Below, piece by piece: positions 47,405-60,568 of a stretch of 64,000 bases of DNA. Positions within the stretch are counted from its first letter, which is position 1. Every line of letters begins with the position of its first letter. Where the stretch lies: contig JANJGN010000035.1 in NCBI GenBank assembly GCA_026770705.1, positions 7,378,001 through 7,442,000 of the forward strand. The letters run 5' to 3'. A program made the translations under genes and the position numbers. The notes beneath the pieces were generated by a model, which saw nothing but the letters and a program-made list of their open reading frames with translations, made no database searches and was not told where the DNA came from. The DNA is from Isurus oxyrinchus. Its lineage: Eukaryota.

Positions 47405-49689
47405 CATTTCTTCTCCGCCGATGCTGCCAGACGTGCTGAGTATTTCCAGGTAATTCTGTTTTTATATCATTTCAGTTCTTCTTTGAGCAGATAATGTTGT
47501 CCAACCATTATCGGGAGATTTCGCCTGCCACCTGTCTTACATCTTAATATCAGAACTATAAAATTTGTTGTTCATTGCATCGTGCCCACTACATCAACAT
47601 TCACACAAATTGTAAAGTAGCCCATGCATACAAGCAAAACCACAAACAAATCTGGACATAATTTAGGATTTAGAGGGAAGTAACAAAATATTTCCACACA
47701 GAGTCAGAGAAGTAGGATGTGACAAAAAAAAAAAAATGCCTCAACGTTGCTCCTATTGATGCTGAAATGTATTTCCATCGCTGGTTGGTCGGCCATAACA
47801 TGTCAGCGCATCACCAATAAAAATAAGCTTAACAGGCAAGGTAAATATATAACTCTCTCCACCCTTCCTCCTCCCCCCCAAAAAAAAACAAAAATAAATG
47901 AAACACTGGTCATTTCACACCTTGCCTCTCCAAATCCACCCAAGTCCAAATCACATTTAGCGTTGGAATGACATGATCCCGCATGGCATCATTTCCAAGA
48001 ACTCTCAGGAAAGCTGTTATCATTAAGTGACAAGAAACCCACGTCAGCGACACACCATCTGCAATATTGAACAACTTTCTCCAGCACAATTGTGCCGTGA
48101 CTGCATGGTGCACCTCGACGTACATTTGGAAACATGTAAGATGCCGAAATGTTTCGGGAAAGTGCAACTTATATATGGAGTCCAAAGTGGTTCCGTGCGT
48201 ATCAGGTTTGAGGATTTATCATGAATCTACAGGGTCTGGGTGAGATCCACAGACAATAAGTTCATGAAGACAAAAAGCGATTATATCGTATCATTATCAT
48301 GATAATTGCCTTCGAACCCCATCTACAAGCGTTATGAAACAGAATATGCCACTGGTGCAAGTGTCCTTTTTTTAACTGCAGGAGGACGATAAGAGGCAAT
48401 AATGGAATCTAAATTTTGTTTTTTTGGTGAGCTGAATACAAGGCCGAAATTGTGGAGAGAAGAAAATTGGAAATACTTAAGATGCCAGAATTCTGCTAAT
48501 ATTGAGATCTCGGGAGGTTCAGGTCTGTAGAAGCTCACAGGAATACGAAGGGGTTAGGTTCTACAGGGAGTGGAAACAGGTAATATTCCAAAATTTAGAC
48601 CTGGCTTAAAACAAAATCCAACTTCTGTCAGTGGGCAGAGGGGTGATGGGGTTATTCGGAGTTGGTGAGTCTATTAAAAAGGGCTGCAATTTGCCATGAC
48701 TTCACTTTTATGAAGTTTACCAGCAGGTAGGCCTGCCTGGCGTAGATCAGACACGTGTCGATTTTGTTTTTAATGTCATAGACGAGAATGTTCGTGACAA
48801 GCAAGTTGAGGCAAAGGGGCAATCAACAATGTTGTTTCACTTCAAAATAAGAGGGCTCAATGGTGATGCTGATATGAAATAAGAAGCTCATCCTATGAAC
48901 AATTCTAATAGCAAGGGGTTCACCAGAAGATCATTCTTACAAACAGGTTTGCAATCGATTGGAGGAAAAAAATAAAGCTTATAATGGCATTATAATTCAA
49001 AGACATCTACCTTGTCAATCTTCATTTAGTGGAATCATGCAAGCAAGATTAACTACACAGCGTGCGTTGGTGTTAAAGGAGGTAGTATTTGAAATCATGT
49101 TGGATCAGGAAGAATCATATTGTATTTTTTTTTGGCTACTTCACGGTATATCAGAATTTACTCAGGTTTTTTTATGTCTACACAGTGGATTCAGATCGTG
49201 CCACAAGTGTCTGGGATATCGACGTTTAAAATGACTAGACCGATTATGCAATATATATCAATGTCTTAGTAGATTTTGAGAGAAACCACTTCTTAAGACT
49301 TTCACCAGGTTTTTGTGTTATTTCGCACTGTGTTAGAATTCTTGCAGTTGCTTACCTGGTGGAACAACCTGACAAGTTACAGGGTGATATGCTTAAGTTT
49401 CCTCTTGTGTTAGGAGTTTGCCAGGTTTGTAAAAGTATGAACGATCCCTCACAACTAGTTCATCTCCAACTTAACAGTCTTGCTTTTTTGGCACTGTTTG
49501 AATACGTTTGTTATGTGGGTCGTTATCTAATGCCTTTTAATCATCCGCATATACAACACTACAAGATTGCATACAATAACCTTTACAATTTACTATACCC
49601 TTTTGCTGAATCAAAAGCGATCGGCACCACACCAATGAAAAGGAAACGCCAGGGCATAATACATTTTTAATGAAATTTCACTGTAGCAA

Positions 49690-50790
49690 AACTGTTAAAC
49701 TTTGCCTCTGCTGTTGATGAGGTGCACATGGAATTTCGAAACGAATTCGCTGTAGTACCTCATAAAAGACTTCTGAGAAAATTCATAACTCATGTAACGA
49801 AAGGGGCAAAAGCAGTGTGGATGCAAAATTGGTTGAGCATTAGGAAACAGTGTATAATGGTCAATGTATATTTTTCAGGCCAAAGTAAGGTTTGTCATGG
49901 ATTTTACCAGGCGACTATATTGGGACCCTTGCTTTTCTTGATATATATTAATGATCTAAGCCTTAGTGTGCAGTGACAGTTTTAAAGTTTGCGAAAGAGG
50001 CAAAACTTACAAGCATTGTCAACTATGAGGGGAACAGCCTAGATCGTCAAAATGACATAGACAATTTGGTGCAGTGGGCTGATTTGTGGCAGGTGAAGTT
50101 GAGGCGGTGAAGCGTGAGGTAATTCAATTCGGTAGGAAGAACATAGGGAGGCAATGTTAAATATAGGGTCCTTGTTTCAGGATGTATAGGGTTAGAGAAG
50201 CCTGGATGTATATGTGCATATATCATTGAAGTTGGCAGGAAAGGTGGAGAGAGCAGTTAAAAATAATGCTGGCTATTAATAATCGGGCATAGAGTACAAG
50301 AGTACGGAAGTTAACCTGACCTTATTTAAGCACGATTTAGACCTCAGTCGGAGAATCCTGTACAGTTCTCTCTGCCAAACTACAGAAAGATTGTGATAGC
50401 ATTAGAGAAAGTTCATGAGGGGTCTCGGGGTGGTTTCCAGGGCTGAGAAGCTTGAGTAAGGAAGAAAATGTGGCGAATCGTTGGAGCGGAGAAGGCTAAT
50501 CAAATAATGTATCGCGGTAATCAAAATCATGATGGAGTTGTATAGATTATGCGGAGAAGCTGTTTCGCTCGTGAAGGGTTCGATAACGAGAGGGCAGAGT
50601 TTTAAAGTGATTTGCAAAAGAAGCAATGTGATGTAAGAAAAAAAAATCTTGTAGAGTGTGGCTCGAGTCTCCAATTTTCTGACTGGAATTTTGGTAAAGG
50701 TCACGTTCAATCGAAACATTCAAGAGGGTATTAAATGATTATCTGATTGTCCTTCTGTGATGTAACCATTCTGTGACGCTGTGATTCAAA
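49690..50790 (+). mobile_element. 5'-truncated CR1 LINE (RT C-half and 3' tail)
   Basis: 'VVPHKRLLRK...WMQNWLSIRKQCIMVN...QATILGPLLFLIYINDL'. Tail TTCTGTGA/ATTCTGTG repeats at about 50752-50786. Confidence 0.85.
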
Positions 50791-51149
50791 CACTTTAAAA
50801 CAGGTAGAGGGCCTTTCAAATCAAAATGCTCTTTTCAATGTTTATGCAGCAAAGATATGCTTCACATAGTAACAGTCACTTGCATTAGCTCCTGAACCAA
50901 ACTGGTGCTACATGGAAGCATTATAACTTGAAAAATCTGAGAATGTAGCATCTTTCACTTCCAAAATCAATCATTACGACCGTGGAAGAGCAGACTGCGA
51001 GCTGACATATTCCATCTGAAGTCCTCAGTCACTTTAATCACTGCAAAGGAGCATATCTATGGACGCTAACTAAACATGGTCACTAGGATCCTGAAGTCAC
51101 AAAATTTTCAGTCAACCCCTACTTCGAGTTTTTCAAAATGGCTGCGCAT

Positions 51150-54000
51150 CACTCGCAAAACTGAAATAGAAACAATGCACTTTTTCTATCAACAACTCTC
51201 TAGCCTTCCTGTTTTCATTGCTATGTTGTTCTAACTGAGTCAGACACACACACACACACGTGTGCAAAAACACATAGTGAGACAATGCCTACCCTCCAAT
51301 CAGAGACCGACTTCAACACGAGTATAATTTCGCAGAGTACCCAACTTAAACTTTTATATTAGGAATAACACTTGTTTATTCCTTCTTTAATAAAACTTTC
51401 TCAAAATAAAAGGGTCCATAACTCCAATTAGTGTTCTTTTTTTTTACTTTTTGGTTGGCAGCTCTTCACTCCCAAGGCAAACCAATGAAACATGGGAATC
51501 ACTTGGAAGCTAGCAATGTCATGCTCAAAAATAAAAATAAAATATATTTTCTATGAGAATACTCCGCGGACCATTTTTTTTAAAGGACCTTCAAAGAGAA
51601 GTAAATATATACTTCTTATAACACACCTAAAGTTGTCTATCTCTCGTCCAGAAGAAATAAAATGCCTTACTGAACAAAAGGGTTTGTCTGCAACACTATC
51701 AATATGCAACAAGTCATAACATTATAAACAGCTTGACGACTATCCCACTACATGCTGTAGAGATAACCTAACTCCCACATCACACCACTTTGCTTAACGT
51801 TACAATTAAACTTTGTGAATTGCAAGCTCCATAATGTTTAATTGTAACCAACCAAACAAAATTGACAGGCTTCAAGGTAAACATTACGTGGGTTCTTACA
51901 GATCCAATGATTTGGCAAACAAAACATCTTAAAAATACTGCTTGACACACTTTATTTCAACCGACCAACTAATCTAATTGCCAATTATGTATCGTTTATC
52001 TCGATGTTTATCCAGCTACTGGTTTAACAGTTGTACGTTAGCTTTGTGCTTTCCATGGTTATCTTCTTAATCTACAGTGGGATAGTATTCATGATTGATC
52101 TAATGCACATAACAATATTTGCCTTGGTTACTTTTGCCTTCAGCGATATTAGTAATCCTTGGCAATACATCTGAGCTGGGATGGTGGCTGTTATGAGATG
52201 AAGAAGAAATTCCCTGTCATACTTCTTCATCTCCAGTGACCTCAGCACTTACTCAGTTTTTCTTAAACCCGTACACCACGATGTCACAAGATTTTCATAC
52301 GTGTCTGAGAGCCTTCAGCTTATAAAACATAAGGACTGAAACATTCTGCTAATTCTTCCTTTCAACTCCTAATATCAATATATTTCCCGCTCTGCCATGC
52401 CTTCCCTTCGAGGCGAAGGTCTCTGAAGAACGTGACATCTTAATGAACATCAGAATTGCCGTCAATGACAGCGCCATTCACCCCATTATGGTTGACTGGA
52501 GGATAACATCACCGGCGACTCAATTCCTCTCATGCTGCAATAAGAGTTTCAGGACTTTTGTCCAAGCTGCTTTTTTTCAGCTGAGATTCTCATAATCATT
52601 TTATTCAGTTCATAATTCATCCTAATCACCTCCACTGCAACTATGTAACACTAAAATTGAACTTTGCCCAATCACTTTTTGATAAACTTTGACAATTCCA
52701 CTTTCTGATGTTCTAACGTGCATTCAGGGAATGGCGTTCCTTTCTGCACCTAAAAACGCTAACTTTCGACTCTTTACATTTTATCTCTCCATTCACAATC
52801 AAAACATATATTTCCCTTTCTTCATCATTAATTTTCAAACAATTTGCATGTGCCATGTCTTCATTATTAATTCAGGCTATCTAGCAAATTTTCCAACTGT
52901 CATACCAATTTCTGCCAGAGCCAAATGCACTTAGAACTTAAGAAAAAAACATATATTTGCAGGCTATCTTCTGACACTTCCAACACTTCGTTAGTCATAA
53001 TATCAATTTCAACATCACGTTTAACAAAATCATTATTTGATTTGCTTTTCAAATCACTCAAGAACCTTTGTAAAACTAGAGTTTTAGCCGGATTTTCTGA
53101 CATCACTGCAGGCAACAATAACTAACCGTCAGCCAAATCATTTCGAATAAGGCAACAAACTATCCTATAGGTAAATAACGAACACCTCGACAGAAACAAG
53201 CTAATTAGCATTCCAGTATATCAAATGAACTTCATAGAAATGTCTTTGAAAACAATTCCCAGCGAAATCAATCAATACTTAGTTATGCTGCCTGATTTCC
53301 GTTGCTCTATTTGTGGCAGTTTTACTTGAATGGCTATTATCAGTGCTGGGTTGATCCATTCCTTCAAAGGACTAATAACAACTTTTCTGATTCACGAAAC
53401 AACATTTTTGAGGCATCATCATGAGAAAGGAAATATTTCCTTAATCTCCTAAATATATTCCATCAGCAAACACAGGAAAACATATGGGCTTGTTATAGGC
53501 TTTCCTTCCCCTACGAAGCATTATTCTCTGAAGGGGCATTCCCAAAAGCGCTCACGTGAGAAATTACGATTTTTTTATGGCAGAACTAACGCTTAATAAC
53601 CTTCAAAACAAAATTGTCCAACATACGTTTCACTTAATTAACCAGAGGATGGCTGCTTCCTTAAATTTCCCACGAGTGTCACGAAAACATATAGTTTCCC
53701 TGTGAGTTCCAGAAATGGGGCATTTTTTTTTCTAATATTTGCATGATTGATTTTATTATCGACAGCTGCAATTTTTGCAGCATTATATACTTACATTCTG
53801 TAACTATATCACATATATTTATATTCTTCCAAATGGAAGTTATTCCCACAGGGATACATTTGTTTAACTCTACCACAACAACTAGTTCCCCAAGTTTTTT
53901 TAAAGTCTTGTTCAAAAATCTGTGACATACGCAGTCTGCAAATGTCTACCTCATTTACTCTGGCAAATTTCCCAAGGATTGCATTGTTTTACTCCTTAAA
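51150..54000 (-). mobile_element. Highly decayed Ty3/Gypsy (Gmr1-like) LTR retrotransposon remnant
   Basis: Minus strand order: Zn-knuckle-like 'RETICFR' (about 53690), post-protease 'NDLADG..LPAVMSENP' (about 53090-53150) and integrase Zn-finger-like 'VFLRCFVCQIIG' (about 51905-51940). Boundaries uncertain. Confidence 0.45.
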
Positions 54001-54380
54001 ATTTCAAAACGTTTGTCAGTAATATTGTGGTAGAAAATAATTAGCATTAACCGCAACGTTATTGCACTGTCACAGTCAACTGATTGTTCCTCAAAATGAC
54101 GTGCTTACGCGTTAAAATCTATTCCCATGTTAAAAAAAAACCTGCAGGGGCAGTGTTTTATTTTGTATTTCAGACGATGTTGTCGTTGTTTGCAAAGCCA
54201 ATATTGCTGCTCATCTATAATTACACTTTGCAAAGTTGGTGGTGCACTGCCTTCCTAAAACTTACTCTGAATAAGTAACTTACACAGGCAGAAGGCCTCA
54301 GGAGGTTAATCATCAGCTGGGCAGAAGTGATGTGGAACTATGTAGGCTCGTCACTATCCTTAAGCGCTTTCAGAGTATAC

Positions 54381-54430
<50 letters not shown>
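54381..54430. repeat. Compound (AT)n(AG)n microsatellite
   Basis: Directly visible. Confidence 0.95.
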
Positions 54431-54435
<5 letters not shown>

Positions 54436-57400
54436 GGCACAAGACGGTTAGATAGATAGATATAAATAAATGGAGAGAGAGGTATATATACCTATTCCTA
54501 GTGTAACAAAAAATACAGATACATATCTGAGATGCTTCCCTTTCATCAATCTAATATGTCAGTTGATAATGCTTCAGTGGAGAAGTATTTCAATAAAGTG
54601 TCAATACTGCTGTTGCTGATACTTCTGTTTAAAAATATACAAAGTCTACCTCAATCCTTCCTTTCAAAAATTATATTGTAGACAATGATCAAAAAAAGTA
54701 TAATTTACTCTTGCTGCAATATCCTGTCTTAACAGTTGCAAAATGTCCGCGGACTCAATGGTCATTTCGATGTTAATCATTGTGATCCACTCAGGTGATA
54801 CATTTCAAACGATAGATAAGATGCACTATGCACAGGTCAGCTATTTCGCCATTTAGAGTTGATTTCGGACTCAACATGACTGATGCAATGAGCAAATAAT
54901 TTCCCTTCATAAAAGTGTTACAATCGGCGCACACACTTCACACAGAATACATGTCAGTCTCAGGGGCTCAATGTCCGTTGGGAAAACTTAGCATCTAAGC
55001 CATTTCGGTTTCTGAAAAAGCTAATCTTCCATGCAAAATCTCACTTCCAGAAAATAATATCGATGGTTAGGCTGTACATTCTGTTAAGGTTTTATTTTCT
55101 TTGCTCCTCAGTCGTCTTTAGTGTTATGGTCAAGGTACAAATAACGGATCTGCCAGAAATGTTAAATTTAAATTTACCTTGCAATATCCAGGAGAGCTAT
55201 ACGGCCCGCTGTTGGACAAGGAGCGCATTGTTCTGACCTCGCTGAATGCACACCGGAAGTGTTTTTTTTTCTGTTATGCTATGGAAAGAATAATATAAAA
55301 TTAATGACGTTAGATTTGGAGGTGGCGTTGGGATTGTAAATACCAGTCATTTGATTTGTCACAGAAAGGAAATTGCTTCCTCTCGTAACCCAAAAAATGT
55401 TTCACCAGGGTTTGATGCTCTGAATTAAAATAATCTTAGCCATCAGATCGCGAGCTGAAGCTGTTATGATGCTCATTTCCCGGCTTTTAAAGCTTTCAAA
55501 CACCAGAAAGCAGATCTGTAACTTTTCAAAAAAAATGTCACTGCCGCCAGCAATGCGGAAACTCCACGTGCAAGGAAGTGCACCAAAACCTTATACAAAG
55601 CTAAGGCAGAGCTCTGGTCCACGGATATTATATTTTTGCAAGGGTTAAATTGACACTGACTCATTTGTTAAAACCACACGATATTGAAATCCATGAAAAA
55701 AATACATCAGTCGCCATAAACCAAACATAAGAAGTTGGAGGCCTTTCACATGACTTCGATGCTAGCTTTTGGAAGCCCTAATATTACTGCGTCGAAATCA
55801 ACAGGGTAGGTATACCATTATACCACCTCTCAGTCATCAGCAGAAATGAATCTGTACAGGTATATTGCTTGGCCCTCATCTAAACTGTGCTGTACTATAA
55901 CATCAGAACTGCTGTATCTGTGGCTGTAAAACTCATCCATCTCTACAGGCCAACTTCCATTGGGGAAGTTATTGCTTCTATGTATACTGATAACCTTGCA
56001 GCAGTTTAAGCCTGCTACCCTTAGAAGATTTACACCATTAGATATTTTATTTGGATGCAGGACACTCATGGAACCATAACTGGTATTTTAACGCATTTTG
56101 CCCTGCATGTATTACTTTCTGTCAGCCCTCTGTTATTGTGTTAGTGCAAAAAGGGCGGGTATTGTGATAACCCTCTCCACGTTTTGTGTTTGTGTAAAGT
56201 AAACCATTCCTCTTTGTTTACGTTATATCGAGTGAGCTCTAGGGCTCTAACTAGATGATTGCATCACAGCAGACATATTACGGAAACTACACCACCACTT
56301 CCAAAAGGGCAAGTGTGAAAACATAAAAACATTTCTTCACAGGCGTTTATTGAGAGGGGAATGAGGGGGAGGGTGCAGAAGGTTGATACATTAATCATTC
56401 TCCTGTCCGAAACATAAATTGTGGGCTTGTCCAGGGTAGATCCAATTTGAAATCAACCAGTGTCCAAGTTAAGGTACCATCCAAATTAAAATGAAAGGAG
56501 TTAAGTGGAATTCCAAAAGGGAGAACTCGGTGGTTTTTAGGAATCTCAGGACAGGAAAAGGCACAGCGAGTTATTATTCTAAAAGGTAAGGAAACAATAA
56601 CACCTCATGGCTAAATGCTTGCTCAGCAAGATGATTTAAGATGAAAATATTTGCACCCACTTTGCAAAGATTGATTCTAAGCTGTAGATCTGAAGCTGCA
56701 ATTCCAGTTACCCAGCAAAGTCTAAAGAAACTGATGAAATCTGGCGGTGGTATAACGTCTGTCTATGGCATTACCAATAGAGCAGTTAACAAACAAAATC
56801 AATTACTACTCCGAAGCCACTCCCCTAGCCAATATCAAGATACAAAAGCTTCACATGGAACTTCAGCAAGGAAACAATTAATGGGAAGGTATACCATTTC
56901 CGAAAATTGGAAATGCAGTTAACATTTCCAAGTGAGAGAGTGAAAGAACAGGCATTTCGGTGCTCAGAGGATTCATGCCTTTCTTTGTGGCAGCATCTCC
57001 TATCCCCTTAACACAAAACGACTCTCGGGGGCAATCATGTATACAAAGTACCTCCTCAGGATTAAAGCAGTGATGGGGGTAATTTTTGGCATCTTTCAGA
57101 TAACAGCAGAGCTGTTAAAATGGTCCTAACGTAACTGAATATTTTTAAATCGGGGAAGTTATCAGGGAGAATCCAAAATGCCTATTTTCAGTATTTCAAA
57201 ATTTTGGGTTGCCGAAGCCTGCCTTCCAAAGGTCATATGAGTTAGTCCCAGTGGCCACCAGCAAATAAGGAACTTTTTTAAAATGCTAAAGAAAATCTAC
57301 ACGAGATTTAACGAGTGACAAAATTCACATTTCACCCATCGATAAGAGCCCTAAATATCCCAAGCACATTATAATACTTGCTTGAGCGAGTACTTTTGGT

Positions 57401-58599
57401 AGAATCCAAAATTACCTAACTTCCAACATGCGAAGATACCTAAAGGAGTAGAAAGAATTATCAATGCTAGGAGTGCAAGAGTCAGATCGGATAGTTATGA
57501 TCTTGCATGCAGGGCTTTAAATTCTGGCAGGTCTTTCCCAAACTATAACAATGAGTACTGGAAAAAGAAGGAGAGCTATCCAGTTAGGGCATGGCCAGAG
57601 CAATGAAAAGAGATCCGGAATCCCCAACCCGCACCACCTCCCCCCACCGCCCGCCGCAGCCTAAAACACAAAAGGAGGATTCCAGAAGGCCAGTTTTCCC
57701 ACTTCAGACCCTGCTTCTGCAGATGGCGAAGGAAGGCAATTTGGTGCATAAGTCTTCAAAAGAGATGCGCCCGTATGTTTGCCGAATGCGCAGTGCAGCA
57801 GAGCTACACGTGGCATAAGATTATTCATTAGAGGGCGAGGCCTTATCTATATCGGAGGCTGACAGGCTCTCAGAGAAACTCTGATATTCTATCATTTCAG
57901 GAGAATTGTCCGCATTCCTGATTCAAACTGTGAGCGGATCTGAGGGAACTGCCCCGGGAAACAGGGGCTGGACAGTTGATGATGTTCGAAGGAAAACTAA
58001 ATTTAAACACCGAGGGCACAATGAACCCCAAATTTCCGTGGGTGGTGTTGGGCTAGGGCCTCGGTTTAAGCCTCTCTATGAGGCCCAAATACAGAACGAC
58101 CATGTTTCAGTACTCGTTGCAGTAGGAATTTTCCTTCAGCTAAAGGATGGAGGATGATACTTCCTTTGGGAAGGAGTTGTCTGGCAGCCAGGCGTTAGCC
58201 AGTGAAAGAAGAAAAGCCAAGGCAAAGCAGAAATAATCAGCACTTAGGCACAAATTTGGAGAAGGTCAAGTGTCCCAAAAGGATGGAATAGCACCAATAG
58301 ATACAAAGATATCAGCGCCAGTTTCTGATACAACAAATGGCAGAGACAATTCAATGGGAAAGAAGGCCTTCAGAGTGTTAGATAAAAGGGTTGGGGAATG
58401 GGGTAAGGAATAATGTCATGATGCCAAACGGAAGGTGTAGTAATGCTGGATTACAAATAGTTGCTGAATAAGGGCCGGGAGAAAAACTATATCAGAGAAA
58501 AATGCAAAATTCTGGGCGATACATAATTTTGAATTAGGATTAGAAAAGTAAGAACGGAATGAAAAACCTACACACTTGCCTACATGTTCCGCCATCTTC

Positions 58600-59500
58600 C
58601 ATCTTGTTGCCTAGTCACTTAATCTGAATATGACTTCCCACAGTCTCTCTGTGCGCACCCAAGCTTAGCTCCCCAAATAACTTCGTATCATTAGCAACAT
58701 TCAATGCATTGTTCTCTGTCTCTTCAGCTAAGTCATTAATATTTAGGATGCAATGTGAAATTCAAAGCCACGTGTAAGCCTCCAAATGTATCCTCAGGAA
58801 CCAAAGAGAAACAAACGTATTTGAATCCATGAGCTGCAGATCTTTTGCCCGTTGCCTGATTCAGTCTATGGGTTGTTGTTCCTTAATGGAGGTTAGTTTG
58901 GTAATTTATTAATATTTATAATAGTTGTGATTTGAAGCCACGTCTATAACTAATTTAACCTGTGTAAATTAACAAAATATTTGAACTGGTTAAATGTATA
59001 ACGTCGAGAAATGATGTTCCCATTCCTGAATTTAGATTTACTCCTCAAACATTACATTTGAAATGACAGGATATGACAATTATTTAAAGATTCCTTCTGG
59101 AATTTTTAAATAACTCGTCTATACCAACTCCATCACTCATAGCAATGCTAAAGCCCATGTGTTTTTCGTCTCTGTACATTCCTCTGTTTATTGGTAAAAT
59201 ATAACACCCTAGACAATGATGCATTTTTTGACCTTTTAAACGCGGTGGTTAAGGATCCGTTCGTTACAATATGCAGCATTTTCCCAACGACTGCTGTTAG
59301 CCTAAATGGGCTATAGTTCAGTCTTATTCACTCTGCATTTATTGAAAAGTGTTGTAACATATTCCAACTGCCAATTCAATACCTCCATTCCCCAATCTAA
59401 GTAATTGTCAAAAACTACATTCAACACATCCTCTGTCTCTGCTGCTATCTCAATTATAATTCTAGTGTCTGAGCCATGAAGTCACTCGATGCTTTTTTTT
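58600..59500 (-). mobile_element. Very degraded CR1-like RT fragment
   Basis: Antisense CR1 phrases such as 'aagtcattaatattta' and 'actgctgttagcctaaatgggctatagttc' (NYxP.SLT) and 'gtgttgtaacatattccaactgccaattc'. Confidence 0.45.
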
Positions 59501-59963
59501 CGAATTTCATTATTTTAAGTTCCACAAATAAGTTTTTTTCTGTGACAGTTCCTCCTGCCACCTGCATCTAAGAGGTCAACGGTTTCCTTAACTATTCAAT
59601 TCCTGTTCATATGCTTCTAAAATATGTTGTGAACTGTTGTTATATTTTCAGATGGTTTACTGTCATATTCCATTATTTTTTTCAGTTTTTATTGACATTT
59701 CAGTGACGGCATTATGAGTTCAAAATGACTTTCAATCTTTAGATTTCTACCAGTTTTGCTAAATTATGAGCATATTATTCTAAGACGATACTATTCTTAA
59801 GAATCTGAAGAAACACAAATATTATATCCAACTGAGCTTCTGCTTGTCTTGCAATGTATTTTTATCCAAACTGTCATTATTACTTATTTGCCTCCACTGT
59901 TCATTTACTTCCGTACCACTCAATCACAACATTCCCCAGTTCTTCCTTCATGCTTACGTCATT

Positions 59964-60113
59964 NNNNNNNNNNNNNNNNNNNNNNNNNNNNNNNNNNNNN
60001 NNNNNNNNNNNNNNNNNNNNNNNNNNNNNNNNNNNNNNNNNNNNNNNNNNNNNNNNNNNNNNNNNNNNNNNNNNNNNNNNNNNNNNNNNNNNNNNNNNNN
60101 NNNNNNNNNNNNN
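59964..60113. other. Assembly gap (150 N)
   Basis: Run of N. Confidence 1.
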
Positions 60114-60319
60114 TTTGAAGTTAACTTAGAATTCAGTTTCCTTCCAATTATTATTTTCCAATTGGCCGTTTGTTCCCTCATTTCCTAATTAACCATGCTT
60201 TATTAAAACATACTACATAAAATATAGCTTTATCCTTAAAGTATTACATCAGGCATTGCTCCTCGAAAATAAAAAAAAATATCTACGAACCTGGCCTTTA
60301 GATTGGTCCTGTCAATGGG

Positions 60320-60530
60320 CCAGGCAGTGGCAAGGAGGCGATGTTGGTCGACCAGTAATCGAGCTATGGGCAGAAATCCTCGTCGGACCCAGGTACAAAT
60401 GGTGAAATTTAAATTCCAAAGCAATCTATAAATAAACGTGCAGTGATGAATCGTCCATCAAACCATTATCAAGTGTCATAAAACCTATCTGGTTCGCTGT
60501 CCTCTCTGGATGGAAAGCAGCCATCCTTTT
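60320..60530 (+). mobile_element. tRNA-derived SINE (SacSINE1/DeuSINE-like), degraded
   Basis: Head GGCAGTGGC..., then 'atggtgaaatttaaattc' and 'aaaccattatcaagtgtcataaaacctatctggttcgct...gccatcctt', resembling the shark SINE body as recalled. Confidence 0.6.
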
Positions 60531-60533
60531 TTC

Positions 60534-60568
60534 ATCTTTGTCGGCCTTTTGGCGAGATCATCCATAGT
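60534..60568 (+). pseudogene. U2 snRNA 5' fragment
   Basis: ATCTTTGTCGGCCTTTTGGC-GAGATCATCCATAGT compared with U2 ATCGCTTCTCGGCCTTTTGGCTAAGATCAAGTGTAGT. Confidence 0.55.

Noticed and set aside
59844-60188. ORFs spanning the N run
   Set aside because: Artefacts of the assembly gap.
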